From a virus (lineage: Duplodnaviria; Caudoviricetes): a stretch of DNA of 38,242 bases. Within the stretch, counting starts at the first letter, position 1, and every line of letters starts with the position of its first letter. Position numbers and translations under genes: made by a program. Positions 26,340-34,506 of this stretch are shown piece by piece. The notes under the pieces are model-generated. The model made no database searches, was not told the origin of the DNA, and worked only from the letters and a program-made list of their open reading frames with translations. The DNA is taken from IMG/VR virus record IMGVR_UViG_3300043394_000291, positions 1 through 38,242 of that record; one strand, written 5' to 3'.

Positions 26340-27587
26340 TTATATTTTTACATTAAAATCTTTACGAAAACAATTTAAAGTATAATCTTTTTTATCTAAA
26401 ACTCTTTTGTATATTGAATTTTCAATCCCTCCGTCGGCAAATATCCAATAAATATCATTTGATTTTCGTTCCATTGTCGTCAATCGGTCTTTTGCTTGGA
26501 AATAACTCACTGCTGAAAATTGTAGATTTAAAAATATAAGATAATCCGCTTTTGCTAAACTAATGCCCTCACGCCCTGAAACAATCTGTAATGATATATT
26601 TTTACTACTTGAATTAAACTCATCTAAATCGGTTGTTAAATCTTTTCCAAATGTTTGTTTTAACATTTCAAGTTCCGCAACAAAATTATAAAATATTGCT
26701 ATCTTTTTACCTTTGAACTTTTCCTTTATAAACTCAGCTTTTGAATTATCAATTATTTGAGTAGAACCATCCTCATACTTAATAGTTCCACTAAATAATT
26801 GATGTATCTTTTGTTGAAGTTTTACACCAGTATCGGCTATTATTTGTTTACCGCTTGACTTTGATGTAACCACTAAATCATTAATTAACTTTTCAGTTAT
26901 CGCATAAGTTATAGGTTTCATCTTAACCTTTAAAATATTTTCTTTTACATCGGTTGTAAATCCAGCTTGTTCTTGTGTAAATGTTAGAATATAATACCTT
27001 ATATGATGCCAAAAATCATTTTTTCTTGCATCTGAATAGTCTTTAACTTGTGCATAACCTAAATACTTTAATTTTATATTTACATATTCATTTGCCCACT
27101 TATAAAAATTAGCATATTCTTTAAATGGACTATGATTTGAAAGTGTAAACAAATGATAATATTGGCTATAACTTTCGGGTGTTGGTGTTCCACTTAACAT
27201 AATCATAGGAATATCTCCAAACCTTGACTTTATATCTTTATGATATTTTGATGGTTTAGGATAAGAAGTATACCCGTGAACCTCATCAATTATAACTACA
27301 TCGAAATCGTTTGTTTCAATCTTATGTAAACTTTCTCTGTTTATAATAGTCAAATCAAATTTATTTAAATAACCGAAATCCCAATAGTCTTGTTCAATAC
27401 TTGAAAACGCTTTTATTTTTGTAATAAACAAAACTCTTTTAGCATTTACTTTTTTACACGTTTCTAAAGCGGTTGCAGTCTTACCGCAACGAACCTCCAT
27501 AAATAAACAAACAAGTTTTTTTCTTTTCAATATTTCAGTAGCATCTTCTGAAATTCTAACTTGATAACCCCTTAAAGATTTAGACAT
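26340..27587 (-). CDS. SF2 (SNF2-like) DNA helicase
   Basis: LRGYQ, CGKT, DEVH, SGTP, GREGISL, QAKDR. Confidence 0.92.
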   Translation of the reverse strand: MSKSLRGYQVRISEDATEILKRKKLVCLFMEVRCGKTATALETCKKVNAKRVLFITKIKAFSSIEQDYWDFGYLNKFDLTIINRESLHKIETNDFDVVIIDEVHGYTSYPKPSKYHKDIKSRFGDIPMIMLSGTPTPESYSQYYHLFTLSNHSPFKEYANFYKWANEYVNIKLKYLGYAQVKDYSDARKNDFWHHIRYYILTFTQEQAGFTTDVKENILKVKMKPITYAITEKLINDLVVTSKSSGKQIIADTGVKLQQKIHQLFSGTIKYEDGSTQIIDNSKAEFIKEKFKGKKIAIFYNFVAELEMLKQTFGKDLTTDLDEFNSSSKNISLQIVSGREGISLAKADYLIFLNLQFSAVSYFQAKDRLTTMERKSNDIYWIFADGGIENSIYKRVLDKKDYTLNCFRKDFNVKI

Positions 27588-28086
27588 AATATTTATTATT
27601 TAAAATATTTAAAATAACATTATTAGTAACATTGTAGTTTAAAGATAATTCTTTTACATTACCACTTCTGCCTTTAACACCTATTGATTTTATGTAATTA
27701 GCTTGTTCACTTGTAAGTTTTCTAATTGGATTTATTTTGTTTAAAACATCATAAGAATGTTTTTCATTTTCAGAATGTGAAACCCATTCTAAATTAACTG
27801 AACGATTATCTGTTTTAATTCCATTAATATGGTTAACACATTTTTTATCATTAAAATTAATATGAAAACACATAGCAACTAATCTATGTACTTGAAATCT
27901 TTTTATAATTTTTCCTTTTGATAAAGATACTCTTTTATATCCTTTAACATTTTCTTGTTTTAAAACACGACCTTTGTATTTAAAAATTTTACCTGATTGA
28001 TGTACTAAACTATCTAATCTTTTTACGTTTCCATAATTTGAAACTTTATAATTTTCAAAGTCTTTAATTGTTCTCCAAACTTCCAT
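27580..28086 (-). CDS. NUMOD4-HNH homing endonuclease
   Basis: EVWRTI..Y.VSNYG.V, VHRLVA, VNHINGIKTDNR..NLEW; ATG 28086 preferred. Confidence 0.93.
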   Translation of the reverse strand: MEVWRTIKDFENYKVSNYGNVKRLDSLVHQSGKIFKYKGRVLKQENVKGYKRVSLSKGKIIKRFQVHRLVAMCFHINFNDKKCVNHINGIKTDNRSVNLEWVSHSENEKHSYDVLNKINPIRKLTSEQANYIKSIGVKGRSGNVKELSLNYNVTNNVILNILNNKYYV

Positions 28087-28184
28087 AAATGTAAAAACCA
28101 ACGCTTCAAAAGGTGGACGTCTTTATCTGCGTTGGAATTTTATAATGTTTTTAATTCGGCGTCCACTCCGATAAAACAAATATA
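28087..28184 (-). promoter_or_regulatory. promoter plus structured kissing-loop leader (copy B)
   Basis: Homolog of 26225-26320 with compensatory changes; loops GTGGACG/CGTCCAC. Confidence 0.75.
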
Positions 28185-28195
28185 CAAAAAATAAA

Positions 28196-28306
28196 TTAAT
28201 TTACAAATAAAACTTCCATAAATAAGCACACTAACTTTTTACGCTCTAATATTTCGGATGCATCACTTGAAAGTCTTATCTGATAATCTCTTAATTCTTT
28301 TTTCAT
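28196..28306 (-). pseudogene. stranded original N-terminus of the SF2 helicase
   Basis: MKKELRDYQIRLSSDASEILERKKLVCLFMEVLFVN* versus helicase MSKSLRGYQVRISEDATEILKRKKLVCLFMEVRCGKT. Confidence 0.85.
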
Positions 28307-28308
28307 AA

Positions 28309-30681
28309 TTAAAAATCTATATCGTCGTTATCTTCAACTTTATTTTCAACATTCTTTTCAAAAATACCAAACCATTTCAAACCATTACTTGAACCTTGTT
28401 CAAATCTAAACTCTTTATAGTTTGCGTATTTCTGAATCCAAATATTAAATCGGTTTCTTTTTAACCATTTGTCAAAATCTTTGTTATCATTAACAAAAGC
28501 ATTAAAGTATTGACTTTTGTCATTTCGTGTATTAATAGGGAAGTTTTCACTATCGATAATCCACTCGTAAAAATCCATATTTGTTTCAGCTATGAATTTA
28601 CGCAATTTAATGTTTTTAGCATTTTGCTTAACAAGTCCCGACTTAAGATACATTTGTAAACAATAAACCATATAATTATCAAATCTTTGATAATCTTCAA
28701 TTTCCCACTCATCAAATAACTGCTTTCCAAACTCCTCATCAGGTGTTAAATCTTTACCATAATATTGTGCTATTTCTATTTCGTGTCTACGTCTATTGTG
28801 TGAGTTACCCTCGCCTTTAATAGCGTAATTTGTACTCATAACTATCTTTGGTGAATCGTGTACATTTAATTTAATAGCATCTTTGTTTTTACGCTCCAAA
28901 GTCATACCCTCTGTAACTAAACTAAACTTATCTTCAAAGTCAAAGTTCTTCTTAACATCGTCAAAAACTAATATTTTAGTATCTAAAGAAACTGTCTGAT
29001 AAGCAAATGACTTCTTACTATCAAATTGTTTTCCATCAATAATTGAGGTGTTTCTAATCTGACTTAAACCTTGAACAAATAAACCTTTTCCAGTACCGCC
29101 CTCAGGATTATCTGAAATAATCTCATCATTTAAAATAACTGCTTTGTTGTTACTTCTGTTCTTATAAGTACTAACTAAATATCCAATAGTAACCTCAATA
29201 GGAAAAGGCTCATTTGCCGATATATTATTAATGAATTTTTGATAGTCATTTTCAAATTTTTCTAATTGAATAAAATCTCTATCTAAAATGTGGCTTTCCC
29301 AAATATAACCATCAACATCAATATAATCTACTAACTTAATTTCATCTTTTGTGACTTCTAAAATTCCATTTTTAAAAGCTAAATAAGAAGTTTGTCTATT
29401 GTCGCTTAACATTATTAAATCAATGCTTTCTAACATAAGCAAAAACTGCTCACTAAATAAATTTTGATAGTTTGCGCAATAGTTCCAAACATCAAACTCT
29501 TTTCTATCCATTAAGAAGTCTAAAACAAAATCCTTAATCTTTGATGTTGAGGTTAATTTAACCTTATTTGATTGTATTGATACAAATTGAGGTTTATCGC
29601 TTTCATTTGGAAAATGTTTTTTAAATCCATTTCGCTCTAAAAAATATTTATATTTTAATGGACTTATAGCTATTTTTTCTTTACCTGTTTTTTCGTTTAC
29701 GATAATGTACCAAAAGTCTTCGGCTTCTTCGGCTTCCTTTATTTCGTTATAAACATCCTCCTCAATGTTGTACTTTTCAAGTACTTCTTTTTTACCTTTC
29801 TTTAAATCGCTTTTTATTTTATCAATCTGTTGGTAATTCTCAAAATATTTGGAATTAAAAGAACGTCGTTTATAAGCGGACTTAATTGTATTTTTACACT
29901 CGGTTTCTGAAAAGTCACCATAAACTACATTATTTTGTATGTAACCTAATGCGGTTGTTTCTGAAACACCATACTCACAAAATGCACCAGCTAAATCAAA
30001 AATAAAACTATTACGCTCACCCTCTACAAAATCTTTACTCCAATTGAATTTCATTATTTTTTCAATAATTACTTCTTCATCATTTATAGGAATTAAAGGA
30101 ACTCTATCTTTAATATCAAAACCCTCATCTATTAAAGTAGGCTCATAGGTTTGTGCATCGTAATTTATATAAATATCTGTATCGTAACTCTCGAAACACA
30201 CCCTATCTACATTACAATTTGATTTATCAAAATAATCATATTGGTAATGGTTATTAAATGCTTTAAAATACTTTTCGTGTTCAATCTTATTGCATACTGG
30301 AATTTTTACAACTCCCTTTATTCCTTTACCGCTTGGTGAAATAAATAAAGAAACAAAATGATTATTTTTTTTAAGTTCGTGTAAATGGTCAAACATTACC
30401 TCATCATTTGGGTATTTATCAAAATCAACAACCATTAATCCACTATGATTAATAAGACCATCTTTATTACGTTCTTTAAACTCACCACCGAAAACAATAC
30501 AAGGTAGTTTTTGTTTTAACTTATCGGCTATTTCTTTTGTTTCTGCTTTTCGTACCAATTCTACAAGTTCTTTTGATTTTCCTTGTTTAATACGTTCAAA
30601 ACATTTCCATAATGGAATGATATAAGGCACGTCTTGTGCTTTTAGCAACTCCTTAAAAACTGATATTTGTGTATCTTTCAT
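28309..30681 (-). CDS. primase-helicase (VirE-N/BT4734-like + PriCT + P-loop helicase)
   Basis: KQKLP, HSGLMVVDFD, SPSGKGIK, GERN, GGTGKG, VFDD, STN. Confidence 0.88.
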   Translation of the reverse strand: MKDTQISVFKELLKAQDVPYIIPLWKCFERIKQGKSKELVELVRKAETKEIADKLKQKLPCIVFGGEFKERNKDGLINHSGLMVVDFDKYPNDEVMFDHLHELKKNNHFVSLFISPSGKGIKGVVKIPVCNKIEHEKYFKAFNNHYQYDYFDKSNCNVDRVCFESYDTDIYINYDAQTYEPTLIDEGFDIKDRVPLIPINDEEVIIEKIMKFNWSKDFVEGERNSFIFDLAGAFCEYGVSETTALGYIQNNVVYGDFSETECKNTIKSAYKRRSFNSKYFENYQQIDKIKSDLKKGKKEVLEKYNIEEDVYNEIKEAEEAEDFWYIIVNEKTGKEKIAISPLKYKYFLERNGFKKHFPNESDKPQFVSIQSNKVKLTSTSKIKDFVLDFLMDRKEFDVWNYCANYQNLFSEQFLLMLESIDLIMLSDNRQTSYLAFKNGILEVTKDEIKLVDYIDVDGYIWESHILDRDFIQLEKFENDYQKFINNISANEPFPIEVTIGYLVSTYKNRSNNKAVILNDEIISDNPEGGTGKGLFVQGLSQIRNTSIIDGKQFDSKKSFAYQTVSLDTKILVFDDVKKNFDFEDKFSLVTEGMTLERKNKDAIKLNVHDSPKIVMSTNYAIKGEGNSHNRRRHEIEIAQYYGKDLTPDEEFGKQLFDEWEIEDYQRFDNYMVYCLQMYLKSGLVKQNAKNIKLRKFIAETNMDFYEWIIDSENFPINTRNDKSQYFNAFVNDNKDFDKWLKRNRFNIWIQKYANYKEFRFEQGSSNGLKWFGIFEKNVENKVEDNDDIDF

Positions 30682-30782
30682 AAGTAAAAAGGTAAAAGGG
30701 ATAAATCCACCAACTTCGACACTGGTTTCATTATCCCTTTTATATAATGTTTTCTATTAATTGTCGAAGTGATACAAAGATA
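30682..30782 (-). promoter_or_regulatory. promoter plus structured leader (copy C, divergent)
   Basis: TATCTTTG; 12-bp stem TAAAAGGGATAA/TTATCCCTTTTA; ACTTCGACA (30713-30721) complementary to 30762-30770. Confidence 0.65.
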
Positions 30783-30808
30783 ATAATAAATATTATATAA
30801 ATTACAAT

Positions 30809-31029
30809 AGTACGAAGTTTTTTTTAAGTACGAAGTTTAAATTTAACTTCGACCTTTGTTAAGTATTGTAAAATATAGGATTTTTATTTAAAAGTACGAA
30901 AGTGCGAAGTTATTTTTATTTTTCACACCCCCCTATCAAAATGAAAATGTTTTTTTAGTAGGGTATATAGTAGAAATAAACTTCGCACTTTAAAAAGTAA
31001 ATTTATTGATTATAACCTTAAGGTTATAA
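30809..31029. repeat. iteron-like repeat cluster, candidate replication origin
   Basis: AGTRCGAAGTT copies in both orientations plus a 20-bp perfect palindrome at 31010-31029. Confidence 0.55.
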
Positions 31030-31031
31030 AT

Positions 31032-31057
31032 AAAAAAACCTACTCGAAAGTAGGTTT
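31032..31057 (-). terminator. intrinsic terminator after the SSB-like gene
   Basis: AAACCTACT-TTCG-AGTAGGTTT plus T tract on the minus strand. Confidence 0.8.
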
Positions 31058-31080
31058 AATTAGTTATGTATTGTTTATTA

Positions 31081-31764
31081 TTAAAAATCTAAAGGGTCAC
31101 CATCATTATCAAGTCCGTTTACTTCAGTTTCGTTTTCAACTATTGGAACTTCTGCCTTTGCTAAATACGTTTTAAGATACGCTTCTAAAGTATTGAAAAC
31201 CTCATCTGCTTGTTCTGCTTCTGAATCCGAAATAGAACGTAAAAAAGTAAATTCAGGAATTGAAAACTTAACCGCTCCTTTTTTACCATCTTTAGCAGTT
31301 TTAACCTCAACCCACTCATCAGCTAAACGAGAACGTGTTTTTTGTGTAAACTCTCCCCACGCTTGAACACTTGAACCCTTAAGTTGTAAGTTTGCTAAAG
31401 TTCCATCTTCTAACATAATATAAATAGATTTTACATAATGACCACCAGCGGATTTGACTTTCTCTTTAATATCTTTGTAAAGTCCTTTTGCAATTTCATT
31501 TCCTTTGAATGGTTTTACAATAATTGTTTCTTGTGAAATAAATTTCACTTCATTTGAAAAAATAGCTGATTGTGTTGCATCGTTCCAACCTTTAATGCAG
31601 TGCATTTCGTCAAGAACTAAAAACTTAAATGGTAAATGGATTTGTTCGTTTGAACTTGTTTCTTTGTTGTAGAATGAGAAACATTTGTCGTTTGATTTCC
31701 AGTCGATAAATTTAGTAGCTGGATTACTTTGTGGCGTTTGAAACGCCTGTCTACGATTACTCAT
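31081..31764 (-). CDS. putative single-stranded DNA-binding protein
   Basis: 227 aa, beta-rich/aromatic, acidic tail ending DGDPLDF; has its own promoter and terminator in the replication module. Confidence 0.6.
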   Translation of the reverse strand: MSNRRQAFQTPQSNPATKFIDWKSNDKCFSFYNKETSSNEQIHLPFKFLVLDEMHCIKGWNDATQSAIFSNEVKFISQETIIVKPFKGNEIAKGLYKDIKEKVKSAGGHYVKSIYIMLEDGTLANLQLKGSSVQAWGEFTQKTRSRLADEWVEVKTAKDGKKGAVKFSIPEFTFLRSISDSEAEQADEVFNTLEAYLKTYLAKAEVPIVENETEVNGLDNDGDPLDF

Positions 31765-31781
31765 AATTTTTATTTTTTTAT

Positions 31782-31863
31782 GGATTTCAATGAAAGGGCG
31801 AAATCCTTACCCTCGTTATTATGAATTACAAATATACTAAATTTCATTGATATATCAATGAAA
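31782..31863 (-). promoter_or_regulatory. SSB-like gene promoter, palindrome and leader pseudoknot
   Basis: TATATTTG (31836-31829); perfect 22-bp palindrome 31842-31863; H-type pseudoknot 31782-31814. Confidence 0.6.
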
Positions 31864-31877
31864 AATAAAATTATTTA

Positions 31878-32090
31878 TTACTGATTACGTTTTTTAAATA
31901 AATATTCTTGTTCTTCTTTCCACGCTTCTAAACGATGCTTTCTCACTTTTTTATAGTTCTCATCGCTTAAATCTTCATTACTTGGTAATTGTCTAACTTC
32001 TAATCCTAAATGATTAAGATAAAGTTTTTCGTTATCGGGCAAATCGTTGTAAATTTGCTCCGATAACTTTAAGAAATATTCTTTACTCAT
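31878..32090 (-). CDS. hypothetical protein
   Basis: 70-aa ORF. Confidence 0.6.
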   Translation of the reverse strand: MSKEYFLKLSEQIYNDLPDNEKLYLNHLGLEVRQLPSNEDLSDENYKKVRKHRLEAWKEEQEYLFKKRNQ

Positions 32091-32257
32091 ACGTTATGTT
32101 GTTTTACAATTACTTTAGTATCATAATTCTGAAAGCATTGATAAGGAGTTAATCCGTTCCAATACATTTGAAATCGATACACTTGTTGTTTAGTTCTTTT
32201 GTTGTGGAATGTATATCCACTTACTTCGTTACAGAAGTCCATAAATGATTGTTGCAT
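32087..32257 (-). CDS. 56-aa hypothetical protein
   Basis: Hand-translated MQQSFMDFC...; ATGA overlap with the next gene. Confidence 0.5.
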   Translation of the reverse strand: MQQSFMDFCNEVSGYTFHNKRTKQQVYRFQMYWNGLTPYQCFQNYDTKVIVKQHNV

Positions 32258-32268
32258 AGGGTTAGTTT

Positions 32269-32487
32269 TTAAAATTCTGTTCCTTTTTCTCCGAAGTAAA
32301 TACCAAAATCAGTATCTTCTAAGTTTCCACACATAAATACATCTCCATAATGTATTGAGTTTCCTAAATATACTACTTTATCAAAGACATTTATATTTAC
32401 TTGTTCAAAAACTATTTCTTTTTTTGAATTAATATAAGATTTTAATATCGTTTCTTTTTCTTGTTTTAATGTTTTAAATATTGGCAT
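32269..32487 (-). CDS. hypothetical protein
   Basis: 72-aa ORF after a promoter. Confidence 0.6.
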   Translation of the reverse strand: MPIFKTLKQEKETILKSYINSKKEIVFEQVNINVFDKVVYLGNSIHYGDVFMCGNLEDTDFGIYFGEKGTEF

Positions 32488-32510
32488 AATTTCTATTTTT
32501 TAAATTTAAA

Positions 32511-32572
32511 CAAATTTAATCTATTGCTGTGATTTACGCAATAGGTGGGTGTAGTTTAGAATTGTTCTTAAT
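32511..32572 (-). promoter_or_regulatory. promoter with 19-bp box (copy E)
   Basis: TAAATTTG (32518-32511), TTG (32541-32539), GTTTAGAATTGTTCTTAAT (32554-32572). Confidence 0.6.
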
Positions 32573-32654
32573 TATTTTAAAATACACTTTATTTACTCTT
32601 TCGGAATTATAACCTCGTCGGTAGTAATAATTCATTACTATTAAAATTCTTTGT

Positions 32655-32882
32655 TTAGGACTCATCTTGTATTTTTTTAAGTTCTTCTTTTCTTACGTGT
32701 TCAATTTCTCTTTGAATATAGTCTAACGCTTTTTCAAGGTCTTGCAGTTCGTTTTGTTTTTTACCAGCTCGGCAAATATATTTTAGAACATTAAACCTAA
32801 AAAAAATTAATTGGTAATCAATTCCTACATCAATTAAATCATATCCTTTTCCGTTGTTATAGTGTATTGGTGTATTACTCAT
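32655..32882 (-). CDS. DUF3310-like protein
   Basis: P.HY...NVLKY..RAGKK...DLEKA..YI.REI. Confidence 0.8.
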   Translation of the reverse strand: MSNTPIHYNNGKGYDLIDVGIDYQLIFFRFNVLKYICRAGKKQNELQDLEKALDYIQREIEHVRKEELKKIQDES

Positions 32883-32972
32883 AGTTTTTTATTTTTTTTA
32901 CCCTCTTTTTTTCCTAAAAGATAAGCCATATAAATTAATAAAGTGAATAATATAAAAATTATTGTTTCCATA

Positions 32973-34010
32973 TTAAACTATTTTATAGTTAATAATTCTA
33001 ATGTTTTTTAACTCATAATTACCATCTTTTGAAACTTTAACGTGTGCAAATCCGTGATTATAATTATTGTAAGGTGCATATTCAGGTTCTAAACCACATA
33101 AGCAACCAGTTGACCAAGTTGTAGTAACTTCTCCGCTTAACGTCTTTTCAGTATGTTCCGAAGTTCTATGATGGTGTCCTACTATTGCGCTTTCTTTTGC
33201 TTTTAAAAACAAACCTCTCGCTGGATTAACTGGTGGCGCAAAACCGCCATACCATTCGTGTCCGTGCAAAATTGGTAATTTACCAGCATAAGAAATTTGC
33301 TTATCTTTTACTAAAGTAACTCCAAACTCACGAAAGCGTAAAATTTGCTCTAATTTAAAGTCATCAACCCCTAATAGTTCGGGTGCTTTAAGCATTAAAT
33401 AATGTTCCCAACGTGCCTCGTGATTACCTATTTTAAAGTAAATAGGACATTTAAAAGTTTCTTGTAATTGCTTTAAAAAATCACGTGTCATTTCTAACTC
33501 TCCAGCTAAATCACGCAAACGTCTATCTTTTATAAATCGACTTGCTTGGTACATATCAATAGTGTCACCATTCAAATAAACACAATTAACTTTATTTTCA
33601 ATTCCGTAATTAATTGCTAATTCAAGTGCTTTATTATCTTGATAAGGCAAATGTATATCTGACAATAATAAGATATTATTTTGACCTTTTGGAATTATAA
33701 AAGGCTCACATTTTTGGTAATCGCTTTCGGGTAATTTCATCATAAATTGTTTTTTAGTTTTTTCGGTTCTAAAGCCTACTACTATAGTTCGACTTGAATT
33801 ATTATGTTCTTTTCGGTAATATCTTACAAGTCCTCTTGCTTGTTCTAAACTATTAAAGTCTAAAGGATATATTTTAAATAACATTCGTGAAAGTGCCATA
33901 GTTGAAGCTTTAGGTAGTTTAGTAATTAAATCTAAAACTATATCACGTTTGTAAGTATTTGCGTGTGTATTTCCTTTTTTAAATGGCATCTTTAAACAAT
34001 ATTTTTTCAA
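32973..34010 (-). CDS. calcineurin-like metallophosphoesterase with N-terminal extension
   Basis: SDIH, NGD..D, GNHE, HGHE, GHHH. Confidence 0.88.
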   Translation of the reverse strand: MKKYCLKMPFKKGNTHANTYKRDIVLDLITKLPKASTMALSRMLFKIYPLDFNSLEQARGLVRYYRKEHNNSSRTIVVGFRTEKTKKQFMMKLPESDYQKCEPFIIPKGQNNILLLSDIHLPYQDNKALELAINYGIENKVNCVYLNGDTIDMYQASRFIKDRRLRDLAGELEMTRDFLKQLQETFKCPIYFKIGNHEARWEHYLMLKAPELLGVDDFKLEQILRFREFGVTLVKDKQISYAGKLPILHGHEWYGGFAPPVNPARGLFLKAKESAIVGHHHRTSEHTEKTLSGEVTTTWSTGCLCGLEPEYAPYNNYNHGFAHVKVSKDGNYELKNIRIINYKIV

Positions 34011-34093
34011 TTAATTTTCGTTTGTAATACTCTTTATTATATTCTTTTTTTCGCTCTTTATTTTTAGCGTACCAAATGCGAGTTTTTTCGGCT

Positions 34094-34291
34094 TTAGTCA
34101 TAATTCATTTTGCTTTCAACTATAATAGTTTCATCATTTTTTTCCCACTCCCTAATTATTAATTCAAGAGTATTTTTATTTATACCTAAATTAAAAGCAA
34201 TTGTTTGAACATATTTCCATTTATGAATAAAATAATATTCTAATATTAATATTTTTGAACGTGAATAATTTAGTCTTTTATCGTATTTCAT
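34094..34291 (-). CDS. small HTH-like protein
   Basis: VQTIAFNLGINKNTL resembles a helix-turn-helix. Confidence 0.45.
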   Translation of the reverse strand: MKYDKRLNYSRSKILILEYYFIHKWKYVQTIAFNLGINKNTLELIIREWEKNDETIIVESKMNYD

Positions 34292-34506
34292 AACTTCTCA
34301 ATTTCTTTTTTAACTTCTTGCCAAAAATTCAAGTCTTTACCATAGCATTCATATTTACTACATTCTTTTTTTTCCTTTATTATCTCATCAACCGCTATTA
34401 ATGCGCATTGTTTAGATTGTTGTTTATAATTTCTATAAGTGCTATCAAAATTAAATTCATCAGCATATTTATTAAATAACTCTTTTGCTTTTTCTTTTGG
34501 TGTCAT
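34288..34506 (-). CDS. hypothetical protein, paralog of 23947-24150
   Basis: MTPKEKA...CALIAVDEI...WQEVKKEIEKL. Confidence 0.7.
   Translation of the reverse strand: MTPKEKAKELFNKYADEFNFDSTYRNYKQQSKQCALIAVDEIIKEKKECSKYECYGKDLNFWQEVKKEIEKL

Noticed and set aside
25457-28210. Group I introns or inteins carrying the endonucleases
   Set aside because: The non-coding flanks (~100 nt) are too short for a ribozyme core, no intein splice motifs were seen, and the helicase ORF is already intact through duplicated termini.
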